Below, piece after piece: positions 28,155 through 37,106 of a DNA stretch of 64,000 bases. Positions within the stretch are counted from its first letter, which is position 1, and each line of letters begins with the position of its first letter. Below the pieces are notes generated by a model, which worked only from the letters and a program-made list of their open reading frames with translations, searched no databases and had not been told where the DNA came from. A program made the translations under genes and the position numbers. The DNA comes from Clostridia bacterium (GTDB taxonomy: Bacteria; Bacillota; Clostridia; JAAYHZ01), in NCBI GenBank assembly GCA_050950825.1, contig JBMNIH010000004.1, forward strand, positions 320,001-384,000, read 5' to 3'.

Positions 28155-28207
28155 ATTTATTGCGATTTTAACATAAAGATTTTGCATCGAGAAAAGGATA
28201 ACAACGT

Positions 28208-29344
28208 ATGGGACATCAAAAATTGAATACGGTTAAAATATGCATTTCCTTTGTTAAAAGGAATGCGGTTATGTTTATTGCCTTTTTAGCGGCACTCGTA
28301 ACAAGCTTCGTTATACCGATCGACGAAGCTTATTTCAATTATTTCGACTACAAAACCTTAACCTGTTTGTTTTGTGTTTTGGCCGTCGTGTGCGCATTGA
28401 AAAACATCAATTTTTTCTATATCTTAGCCCGAAAGATCGTGCACCGATTTAATACGGCAAGAATATGTATTTTGGCCTTGGTGTATATCACCTTTATCGG
28501 CTCCATGCTCATCGCCAACGACATGGCATTGATGACCTTTTTGCCCCTCGGCTATTTCGTTTTGACCACCACCGAAAAGCAAAAATACATGGCTTTTACG
28601 TTCATTATGCAAAATATTGCGGCCAATTTGGGAGGGATGCTGACGCCCTTTGGCAATCCCCAAAATTTGTATCTTTATTCCAAGTTTAACATTCCCAATT
28701 TGGAATTCATGTCCATCATGTTTATACCCTTTATCGCTTCGGTGGCGATCATTACCTTGTGCTGCATCGTCTTTGTCAAGCCGGAGAAGCTGAAGCTGGA
28801 TGATATCAAATTGATATTGGATCCCGTTCGAACCGTCGTATACTTGCTTCTTTTTGCCCTGTCCATCGCCATCGTTTTTCGAGGTATACCCTACGTGGTC
28901 GGTTTGGTTGTCATTCCCTTGGCGCTTCTTGTTCTGGACCGCAAAGCGTTAAAAATGGTGGATTATCCCCTTTTGTTTACCTTTGTTTTCTTCTTTGTTT
29001 TTGCCGGAAATATGAGCCGAATCGATTTTGTCAGAGAATTCTTTTCTTCCTTGTTGGATAAAAATACGCTGTTGTTCAGCATACTTTCCTGCCAGTTCAT
29101 AAGCAACGTTCCTTCGGCCATATTGCTGTCTCAATTCACATCCAACTATGCGGACTTGTTAGTGGGAGTGAATATAGGCGGGGTAGGGACCTTAATATCG
29201 TCGCTTGCAAGCTTAATTACCTTTCGTGAGTATACGAGAATTTATCCCGAAAAAACCCGTTACTATTTGGTTATGTTTTCGACCTTTAATTTCAGCTTTC
29301 TCATACTGCTGACCGCTCTTTCCATGTTCTTGAAAACATTGTAG
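28208..29344 (+). CDS. SLC13/CitMHS/ArsB-NhaD superfamily anion permease (YbiR-like)
   Basis: Many TM segments; SMLIAND, AANLGG.LTPFGNPQN, SQFISNVP-like, GVNIGG.GTLI.SLAS. Confidence 0.8.
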   Translation: MGHQKLNTVKICISFVKRNAVMFIAFLAALVTSFVIPIDEAYFNYFDYKTLTCLFCVLAVVCALKNINFFYILARKIVHRFNTARICILALVYITFIGSMLIANDMALMTFLPLGYFVLTTTEKQKYMAFTFIMQNIAANLGGMLTPFGNPQNLYLYSKFNIPNLEFMSIMFIPFIASVAIITLCCIVFVKPEKLKLDDIKLILDPVRTVVYLLLFALSIAIVFRGIPYVVGLVVIPLALLVLDRKALKMVDYPLLFTFVFFFVFAGNMSRIDFVREFFSSLLDKNTLLFSILSCQFISNVPSAILLSQFTSNYADLLVGVNIGGVGTLISSLASLITFREYTRIYPEKTRYYLVMFSTFNFSFLILLTALSMFLKTL

Positions 29345-29436
29345 AAAAGCGTTGAACTCGAAGGTTACGGAAGATATAATGACAGTGTATTCCGGTGAAT
29401 TCGGCAACGAATCCATCATTTGTGAAGGAGTTTAAT

Positions 29437-29922
29437 ATGGTCATTGTTTACGAATCGAAAACCGGCTTTACCAAAAAGTATGCCGAAATGTTAGGAAAAA
29501 AGACGAATTTGAAGGTTTATCACGTCAGCGAGGTCTCTCGGATCGACCAAGCGGAAGAAATTCTTTTTCTCGGGTGGGTCAAGGTAGGGAAAATACAGGG
29601 GCTTAATAAAGTGAGAAAACGGAATCTCGTCGCCGTCTGCGGGTCCGGTACCGGAGAAACCGCCGAGCCTAACCCGGAAACGATGATTGCACGGAACCGG
29701 ATCAACGGGTTGCCCTTTTTTTATCTTCGGGGAGGATGTCTTCCGTTAAAAGAAATCAAAGGATTTGACGGGTTCATGCTGTCCATGTTCGTTAAAATGC
29801 TGAAAAATCGCAAGAAACAAGACGGAAAAACCAAAGAATCCATTGAAATCATAGAGAACGGCTTTGACGGTGTCAAAGAGGAAAATCTCGAACCCGTTCT
29901 TCATTGGCTGAAGGAAAGGTAG
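29437..29922 (+). CDS. Flavodoxin-like protein
   Basis: IVYESKTGFTKKYA FMN-loop motif, FFYLRGG; SD AAGGAG. Confidence 0.7.
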   Translation: MVIVYESKTGFTKKYAEMLGKKTNLKVYHVSEVSRIDQAEEILFLGWVKVGKIQGLNKVRKRNLVAVCGSGTGETAEPNPETMIARNRINGLPFFYLRGGCLPLKEIKGFDGFMLSMFVKMLKNRKKQDGKTKESIEIIENGFDGVKEENLEPVLHWLKER

Positions 29923-29931
29923 TTCGGGCCG

Positions 29932-30165
29932 TTACATTCCGGCACCGTCAACGATACGACGGGTTTTTGCCGTCTGCTCGATGATTTCTTCTTTTATATC
30001 CTTCCATCCCGGACCGGGCGTTACGAGAGGAATGTCCGCGTTCGTTTTAATGTTGTCTTGTCCGTACTTGTCGGCGATGATCTTCGGGCTGCAAAATCCG
30101 ATAGAGGATAGGGAATTTAAAATAGTCGATAGTATGGAAATATCATAACTTGATTTCTTGAACAT
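29932..30165 (-). other. Short ORF, possibly the 3' remnant of a gene
   Basis: 77 codons; the 3' two-thirds look coding-like, the 5' part is AT-rich with no SD. Confidence 0.25.
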
Positions 30166-30236
30166 AGCAAAAAAGTATTTTTTACTTTATTAAAGCTTTT
30201 CGTAACAAATGCTACCGATTCTTTCTCGTTACTGTA

Positions 30237-30265
30237 TTTACATATTCTACAATTCGGTATATAAT
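30237..30265 (+). promoter_or_regulatory. Sigma-A promoter of the 12-gene catabolic operon
   Basis: TTTACA (30237-30242), 17 bp spacer, TATAAT (30260-30265). Confidence 0.7.
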
Positions 30266-30279
30266 TACTTCGGAGTTTA

Positions 30280-30293
30280 CGTTAACGTTAACG
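30280..30293. promoter_or_regulatory. LacI-type operator O1
   Basis: Perfect palindrome CGTTAACGTTAACG with central CG, just downstream of the -10 element. Confidence 0.75.
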
Positions 30294-30343
30294 GAGTAAT
30301 CCGTCTCATTATTCTATTCCGTATACAGTCTCATACGTCGTTT

Positions 30344-30357
30344 CGTTAACGTTAACG
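30344..30357. promoter_or_regulatory. LacI-type operator O2
   Basis: Second identical CGTTAACGTTAACG, 64 bp from O1. Confidence 0.75.
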
Positions 30358-30388
30358 GATAAGCCTACTTGTATGGGAGGTTATCGCT

Positions 30389-31528
30389 ATGATAAAAGTC
30401 GGTATTGCAGGTGCCAGAGGGTTAAGCACCATCAAAGGCTTTCAAGCCAATCCGAATGTGGAGGTTACGGCTCTTTGTGATTTGGACGAGGATTTTGCCA
30501 AGAAGAGGGCTGCGGATCTCAATATTCCCAAACACTATCGAGTATTTGAAGATATGTTGGAAAGCGACATTGATGCGGTCGTTATTGCGACTCCCATGCA
30601 GTGTCACGTGCCCCAAGCTTTGGCGGCGCTGGAGGCGGGAAAGCATGTGTTAAGCGAAGTTACCGCCGGGGTAACCATGGATGAGCTTTTTTGGCTGTGT
30701 GAAAAGGTGGAGGAAACCCAAAAAGTCTATATGATGGCGGAAAACTACATCTATATGCAGGAGATTCAGGTTGTAAAAGGCATGGTGGAGGCCGGCGTTT
30801 TCGGCGAAGTATATTTCGGGGAAGGGGAGTACATTCACGACATTAAAAACATGGTTACATACAGCTATGGGCGGTTTACGAGCGGAAAAACGTCCTGGAG
30901 AAAATATTGGCAATTCGGACGGAGAGGCTCCTTTTATCCCACCCACAGTTTAGGCCCCGTTATGAAGTGGCTCCATGGAGATCGGATCAAAACCGTTCGT
31001 ACGGTAGGTACGGGACAGTGGACCGCTCCTCATTTGCGCAACGACGACTTGGCTTTGACCTTGTGTACTACCGAAAAGGGTAAGCTGATTAAAATCCGGG
31101 TGGATTGTGTATCCAATCGACCTCACTGCGCCACCTATTATTCTTGCCAAGGAACGAAAGGATGCTACGAAGCGGCAAGAGGGTTGGGGGACCAAGCCAA
31201 GGTTTGGTTTGAAGGAATCGACGACAAACAAGAAAAGACATGGTACCCGCTGAAGGATTTCTATGATCAATATTTGCCGGAAAGATACAAAAAGGCCTCG
31301 GAGGATCAAAAGAAATCGGGACACGGCGGAGGTGACTTTTTCATCGTGGAGGATTTTGTCAACGCCATCCTCTACGGCAACCCGCCCGGAGTGGACGTGT
31401 ATGAGGCTTGCGAATGGACGGCGGTGGCTTTCTTGTCGGAGCTATCCGTTATGAACGGCGGGCGTGAGATGGAAATGCCGAAATTCCGAAAGAACATGCC
31501 TTGGGAAGAAAAGATTATCAAAATTTAA
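30389..31528 (+). CDS. Gfo/Idh/MocA oxidoreductase, GH109-like
   Basis: Rossmann N-terminus, SEV, MAENY.Y, GEGEYIHD, YPTHSLGP, SGHGGGDF. Confidence 0.8.
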   Translation: MIKVGIAGARGLSTIKGFQANPNVEVTALCDLDEDFAKKRAADLNIPKHYRVFEDMLESDIDAVVIATPMQCHVPQALAALEAGKHVLSEVTAGVTMDELFWLCEKVEETQKVYMMAENYIYMQEIQVVKGMVEAGVFGEVYFGEGEYIHDIKNMVTYSYGRFTSGKTSWRKYWQFGRRGSFYPTHSLGPVMKWLHGDRIKTVRTVGTGQWTAPHLRNDDLALTLCTTEKGKLIKIRVDCVSNRPHCATYYSCQGTKGCYEAARGLGDQAKVWFEGIDDKQEKTWYPLKDFYDQYLPERYKKASEDQKKSGHGGGDFFIVEDFVNAILYGNPPGVDVYEACEWTAVAFLSELSVMNGGREMEMPKFRKNMPWEEKIIKI

Positions 31529-31549
31529 TCGGAACCGGAGGAAAAGGAT

Positions 31550-32608
31550 ATGACATTCCAATTGAACGCGACGGATGAACGGTTTTACAATACTTACATA
31601 AAGGATTTTATACCGGATAAAATCATCGATGTGCATACCCATGTTTGGCTTACGGAGTTTAAGCGTAAGAAGGAAATTCAACCGCGCCGCACCGTCACTT
31701 GGCCTTCCATGGTCGCCAAAGATAATTCCATCGAAGATCATATGAATTCCTATCGCATCATGTTTCCCGAAAAAAAGGTGATTCCCGTTATTTTCTCCAA
31801 TCTTTCGCCGGGAGACGATTTGGATGCCGGCAACGGATACATCCGTAGCTGTGCGGAGCAATATAAATTGCCGAGCCTGATGTACGCAACCCCCGAAATG
31901 AAAGGGGAGGTATTGGAAAGAGCGGTAAACGAGGGCGGTTTTCTCGGTATCAAGGTCTATCTGGATTTTTCATCTCCTCAAATACCGAAAAATGAAATTT
32001 GCATCTATGACTTTTTAACCCGCGATCATTTGGAAGCGGCGGACAAAAACGGTTGGATCGTGATGCTTCACATACCCCGCAACGATCGGTTAAAGGATCC
32101 TTTGAACATTGCGCAGATGACGGAAATCGATCGAACCTACAAGAACGCAAAAGTCATTATCGCTCATGTAGGCCGTGCCTATTGCTTTGAAGATGTGGGG
32201 GACGCCTTTGAGCATTTGAGAAAAACCGAAAGGCTCTATTTCGACATCAGCGCAAACTGCAACGAACAGGTTTTCACGGAGCTTTTAAAAAACATCGATC
32301 GCAAGCGTATTCTTTTCGGAAGCGATTTGCCCATTCTTAAAATGCGAACCAAACGAATTTGCGAAAACGGTATGTATATTAACTTGATACCGAAGGGACT
32401 GTACGGAGATGTCTCCGGGGATCCCCACATGCGGGAGTGCACGGGAGAGATTGCGGAGCAGATGACCCTTTTCATGTACGAAGAAATCGACGCTTTCCGA
32501 AAAGCCACGCTCAATACGGGGCTCAAAGAAGGTGCCGTTGAAGACATTTTTTACAACAACGCATGCCGTATGCTTCGGGAAGCCGGATTTACGGAAGATT
32601 TGGATTAG
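31550..32608 (+). CDS. Amidohydrolase family protein
   Basis: IIDVHTH, GIK, MLH, IIAHVG, LFGSD, IFYNNA. Confidence 0.8.
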   Translation: MTFQLNATDERFYNTYIKDFIPDKIIDVHTHVWLTEFKRKKEIQPRRTVTWPSMVAKDNSIEDHMNSYRIMFPEKKVIPVIFSNLSPGDDLDAGNGYIRSCAEQYKLPSLMYATPEMKGEVLERAVNEGGFLGIKVYLDFSSPQIPKNEICIYDFLTRDHLEAADKNGWIVMLHIPRNDRLKDPLNIAQMTEIDRTYKNAKVIIAHVGRAYCFEDVGDAFEHLRKTERLYFDISANCNEQVFTELLKNIDRKRILFGSDLPILKMRTKRICENGMYINLIPKGLYGDVSGDPHMRECTGEIAEQMTLFMYEEIDAFRKATLNTGLKEGAVEDIFYNNACRMLREAGFTEDLD

Positions 32609-32623
32609 AAAGGAAGGGTTTAT

Positions 32624-34003
32624 ATGATCAAGGTGGGGTTACTGTCCTTTTACTTAAAGCTTTACGATGATACATCACCTACGACAAGGAAGGAATTTGA
32701 CGGTTTTATGGATGAGATCAAAAAGCTTTTGGAGGACAAAGGCTTGCACATTGTTGCAAGTCCCGTGTGTCGAATTGAAAAGGAATTCGAGGAGGCGGCA
32801 AAGCTTTTTGACGCTCAGGATGTGGATGCCGTTGTCACGCTCCATTTGGCTTATTCTCCTTCTTTGGAATCGGCGAACGTATTAAAGTCTTTAAAGGTAC
32901 CCGTCATTGTATTGGATACCACGCCGGACGAAAGCTTTTCCATGGAGCAAACGGCGGACCGGATTATGTTTAATCATGGTATACACGGTGTTCAGGATAT
33001 GTGCAACCTGCTGCTTCGAAACGGTGTTCCCTTCCATATATGCGCAGGACACTACAAAACCTCCGACTGCTTGGACCGGGTTGCAATATTTGCAAAAGCC
33101 GCCCATATGGCGAAGCGTTTTAAGACCTGCAATATAGGGATTATCGGTTCACCTTTTGCCGGCATGGGAGACTTTGGCATCGGCTTTGACGTCATGAAGG
33201 AAAGCTTCGGTTTCCGGATTACTCCATTCCCGGTAAACGAATACCGTCGTTATGCGGACATGATTAATGAAGAAGATATCCGAAGAGAATACGAAAGGAA
33301 TTTGGAGCGGTTTGTCGTCGAAGTGGAACCGGAGTACCATAAGAAAGCCCTTCTTCCCAATTTGGTTGTACGAAAATGGATGGAAGAAAACCGGCTGGAC
33401 GGATTCACCGCCAACTTTTTGGATATTCGACCCGAAAACGGTTTTACATCCATGCCTTTTCTGGAGGCGTCGGAGCAACTGTCCATTGGAAAGGGATATG
33501 CGGGAGAGGGCGACGTTTTAACGGCCGCATTGACGGCATCCTTGATGTCGGTTTTCAAGAACACTTCTTTTATGGAAATGTTTTGTCCCGATTGGCGCAA
33601 TAACGCGATATTTGTAAGCCACATGGGAGAAATGAACCTGAACTTATGCCATGACAAACCGATTCTAAGGAAAAAACCCTTCCCGTATACCGATGCGGAG
33701 GATCCCATCGCCGCATACGGAGGATTTCGAGCCGGAACCTGCATATTGACGGATCTTGCGCCGGCAGGAGGCGGCAAGTACAACTTGATATTATCCAAAG
33801 TACAAATGCTGGAGCCTCAAGTAAGCACGGATCTTAAAAATTCAATACACGGTTGGTTTAAACCGGAAGTACCCCTTCCCGAATTTTTGGAAGAATACAG
33901 CCGCAACGGAGGAACCCACCATTTGGCATGCGTCTATACGGACGAATTGGAAATCTTGAAGGCCTTCGGCAAGATGATGGGCTTTCATGTAGTTGTTATC
34001 TGA
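32624..34003 (+). CDS. L-arabinose/L-fucose isomerase-family protein
   Basis: AraA-like metal ligands GEGD, SFME, SHMGE, GGTHH, plus NHG.HG. Confidence 0.75.
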   Translation: MIKVGLLSFYLKLYDDTSPTTRKEFDGFMDEIKKLLEDKGLHIVASPVCRIEKEFEEAAKLFDAQDVDAVVTLHLAYSPSLESANVLKSLKVPVIVLDTTPDESFSMEQTADRIMFNHGIHGVQDMCNLLLRNGVPFHICAGHYKTSDCLDRVAIFAKAAHMAKRFKTCNIGIIGSPFAGMGDFGIGFDVMKESFGFRITPFPVNEYRRYADMINEEDIRREYERNLERFVVEVEPEYHKKALLPNLVVRKWMEENRLDGFTANFLDIRPENGFTSMPFLEASEQLSIGKGYAGEGDVLTAALTASLMSVFKNTSFMEMFCPDWRNNAIFVSHMGEMNLNLCHDKPILRKKPFPYTDAEDPIAAYGGFRAGTCILTDLAPAGGGKYNLILSKVQMLEPQVSTDLKNSIHGWFKPEVPLPEFLEEYSRNGGTHHLACVYTDELEILKAFGKMMGFHVVVI

Positions 34004-34025
34004 TTTGTTGGAAAGGATAAAGGTT

Positions 34026-34559
34026 ATGGGAAACAACGAACGATTTTCACCCCAGCTGGTTATGCGTTTGGAAGGCTTTGATTCATTGCCTTCCTTGGAG
34101 CTTCCGGAAGGATACACGGTTCGAGCCGCAAGGCCGGGAGAAGAGTCCTTTTGGGTGGACATCATTAACGATTCCTTCGGCTATTCGGAGAATCGGTCCT
34201 TTAACGATTTGAAAAAAGAGCCTTGTTTTTCTTACGACCGGGTGTTTTATGTCTGTTATAATGACATCCCCGTAGGAACGGCGTCTTCATGGCACAGGAA
34301 GGAATGGGGAGAGGATGTTGCCTATCTTCATATGGTGGGCGTAAAGAAAGAATTTCAAGGAAAAAAACTGGGCTACTATGTAAGCCTGAAGGCCTTGCTG
34401 GATATGAAGGAAAGAGGGTATAAGGCTTGTGTGCTGCAAACGGACGACTTTCGTGAGGCGGCAATCAAAACATATTTGCGCCTAGGCTTCGATCCGTATA
34501 TTACTCATGAAAATCATCCCGAAAGATGGGTCCGTATTCGGAAAAATTTAAACATTTAA
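34026..34559 (+). CDS. GNAT family N-acetyltransferase
   Basis: VGV..EFQGKKLG acetyl-CoA motif A, AIKTY.RLGF. Confidence 0.8.
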   Translation: MGNNERFSPQLVMRLEGFDSLPSLELPEGYTVRAARPGEESFWVDIINDSFGYSENRSFNDLKKEPCFSYDRVFYVCYNDIPVGTASSWHRKEWGEDVAYLHMVGVKKEFQGKKLGYYVSLKALLDMKERGYKACVLQTDDFREAAIKTYLRLGFDPYITHENHPERWVRIRKNLNI

Positions 34560-34586
34560 AATTCGGAAAAAAGCGAGGGAATCATC

Positions 34587-35831
34587 ATGATCAAAGTAGG
34601 AGTTGTGGGTGTCCGAAGAGGGAGTTCTTTCATCAATAGCGCCAAAGAAACAGGCATGGAGCTGGTGGCCATATGCGATATTTGGGAAGAAAAGCTCCAT
34701 GAAGCCGGTAAAAGGTACAATGTGGCAACCTATACCGATTACGACAAGTTTTTGGAGCATGATATGGATGCCGTCATTCTGGCCAATTATTTTCACCAAC
34801 ATGCTCCCTTTGCCATCAAAGCGTTGGATGCGGGATTTCACGTCATGAGTGAAACAACGGCGGTCATTACCATGGCGGAAGGTGTCGCTCTCATCAACAA
34901 GGTAGAAGAAACGAAAAAGATCTATATGTTGGCGGAAAATTACCCGTACTTTCGGTACAACCAAGAAATGCGTAGGCTTTATCGAGAAGGTGAAATCGGA
35001 GAAATGGTGTACGGAGAAGGAGAATACGTTCACCCCATGTCCGTAGAAGACAAAAACAAAATTTCTCCGGGGTTCCGGCATTGGAGAAACAACCTTCCGG
35101 CAACCTATTACAACACCCATGCATTGGCACCGATTATGTACATAACCGACACGATTCCCGTAAAGGTCAATGCTCTGTGCATTCCGTATTTGGATTCCGA
35201 TGAGCAAACTCCGTTGCTGCCCCAAAAGGGGGATACGAGCTCCGTCATATTGACCCGTATGAACAACGAATCCGTGGTTCGGACCATCGGAGTCAATTTA
35301 AGAGGGCACGGCAACTGGTATAGAATTCACGGAACCCGAGGCTTGATGGAAAACTTACGGACCTTTGACCAACAAATGCTGCGGGTAAAACACGACGCTT
35401 TTGAAATGAGGGAAGGAGAGGTCGAAGAAAGAATCTACAAGCCTGAGTTTCCGATTCTTGCGGATGCAGCCAAAAGGACCGGACACGGTGGAGGCGATTT
35501 TTATACCGACTACTTTTTTGCCGAAGCCATACGGACCGGAAAAACGCCGTATTTTGACGTGTACCGCGCCGTTGCCATGTCCGCCGTTGCCATCCAAGGC
35601 TACAAGTCGGCTTATGCACACGGTGCGCCTTACGAAATCCCCGACTTTAAGAACAGTCTTTCGGCAAGAGAAGAATACAAAAACGACAATTGGTGTCCCA
35701 TGCCGGAATTTAAGGATGTTCAGCCGAACCAGCCTTACCCCAGTGTGTACGGCGACAAGTCCATAACCGAGGAGGCCAAAGCATTGGCAAAAAAGTATTG
35801 GAAAGAAATCGGATACGAAGAGAAAGAATAG
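34587..35831 (+). CDS. Gfo/Idh/MocA oxidoreductase, GH109-like (tandem copy 1)
   Basis: MSET, LAENYPY, GEGEY.H, YYNTHAL.P, TGHGGGDF. Confidence 0.8.
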   Translation: MIKVGVVGVRRGSSFINSAKETGMELVAICDIWEEKLHEAGKRYNVATYTDYDKFLEHDMDAVILANYFHQHAPFAIKALDAGFHVMSETTAVITMAEGVALINKVEETKKIYMLAENYPYFRYNQEMRRLYREGEIGEMVYGEGEYVHPMSVEDKNKISPGFRHWRNNLPATYYNTHALAPIMYITDTIPVKVNALCIPYLDSDEQTPLLPQKGDTSSVILTRMNNESVVRTIGVNLRGHGNWYRIHGTRGLMENLRTFDQQMLRVKHDAFEMREGEVEERIYKPEFPILADAAKRTGHGGGDFYTDYFFAEAIRTGKTPYFDVYRAVAMSAVAIQGYKSAYAHGAPYEIPDFKNSLSAREEYKNDNWCPMPEFKDVQPNQPYPSVYGDKSITEEAKALAKKYWKEIGYEEKE

Positions 35832-35858
35832 AGAACGGAGAAAAGGGGGAAGGTCGCT

Positions 35859-37106
35859 ATGATTAAAGTAGGAGTGGTAGGCGTCGGAAGAGGGCGTACG
35901 TTTATCAACAGCGCCAAGGATACGGGTATGGAGCTAGTCGCATTATGCGATATTTGGGAAGAAAAGCTTAATGAGATCGGAAAGCAGTACAACGTGGCAA
36001 CCTACACCGATTTCGACAAGTTTTTGGAACACGACATGGATGCCGTTATTCTCGCCAACTATTTTCACCGGCATGCACCCTTTGCCATCAAAGCATTGGA
36101 TGCGGGATTGCACGTTATGAGTGAAACGACGGCGGTGATAACCATGGCGGAAGGCGTCGCTCTTATCAACAAGGTGGAGGAAACGGGTAAGGTCTATATG
36201 TTGGCGGAAAACTACCCGTACTTTCGATACAACCAAGAGATGCGAAGGCTTTATCAAGAGGGCGAAATCGGGGAAATGGTGTACGGAGAAGGGGAGTACA
36301 TCCATCCGGATTCGGTGGAGGCAAGAAACAAGCGAGCCCCCGGATTTAACCACTGGAGAAACCTTTTGCCTGCCACCTACTACAATACCCATGCATTGGC
36401 GCCGATTATGTATATAACCGACACGATTCCGGTAACGGTGAATGCCCTTTGCATTCCGTTCTTTGATTCCGACGAGCAATCCTCGCTGCTTCCTAAAAAA
36501 AGCGACATGAGCTCCGTCATATTGACCCGTATGAACAACGAATCCGTGGTCCGAACCATCGGAGTCAATTTAAGAGGGCACGGCAACTGGTACCGCATTC
36601 ACGGAACCCGGGGCTTGATGGAGAATTTGAGGACCTTTGACCAACAAATGCTGCGAGTGAAGCATGACGCTTTTGAGCTTCGGGAAGGGGAAACGGAAGA
36701 AAAAATCTACAAACCGGAGTTTCCGGTTCTTGCGAACATAGCGAAAACCACCGGCCACGGAGGAGGCGACTTTTTTACCGATTACCATTTTGCCGAAGCC
36801 ATACGGACCGGCAAAACGCCGTATTTTGACGTATATCGTGCCGTTGCCATGTCCGCCGTCGCCATCCAAGGCTACAAGTCGGCTCACGAACACGGTGCGC
36901 CTTACGAGATTCCTGACTTTAAGAACAGCCTATCGGCAAGAGAAAAATACAAGAACGACAATTGGTGTCCCATGCCGGAGTTTAGGGACCTTCAGCCGAA
37001 CCAACCCTACCCCAGTGTTTACGGCGACAGACCCATAACTGAAGAAGCAAAGGCATTGGCGAGGAAGCATTGGCAAGAGATCGGATACAAAGGAGAGGAT
37101 TTGTGA
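35859..37106 (+). CDS. Gfo/Idh/MocA oxidoreductase, GH109-like (tandem copy 2)
   Basis: Same motifs; roughly 85-90% identical to 34587-35831 by manual comparison. Confidence 0.8.
   Translation: MIKVGVVGVGRGRTFINSAKDTGMELVALCDIWEEKLNEIGKQYNVATYTDFDKFLEHDMDAVILANYFHRHAPFAIKALDAGLHVMSETTAVITMAEGVALINKVEETGKVYMLAENYPYFRYNQEMRRLYQEGEIGEMVYGEGEYIHPDSVEARNKRAPGFNHWRNLLPATYYNTHALAPIMYITDTIPVTVNALCIPFFDSDEQSSLLPKKSDMSSVILTRMNNESVVRTIGVNLRGHGNWYRIHGTRGLMENLRTFDQQMLRVKHDAFELREGETEEKIYKPEFPVLANIAKTTGHGGGDFFTDYHFAEAIRTGKTPYFDVYRAVAMSAVAIQGYKSAHEHGAPYEIPDFKNSLSAREKYKNDNWCPMPEFRDLQPNQPYPSVYGDRPITEEAKALARKHWQEIGYKGEDL

Noticed and set aside
34548-36479. Similar antisense ORFs (34548-35225 and 35943-36479) suggesting a conserved minus-strand gene pair
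   Set aside because: Their similarity follows from the duplication of the plus-strand genes.
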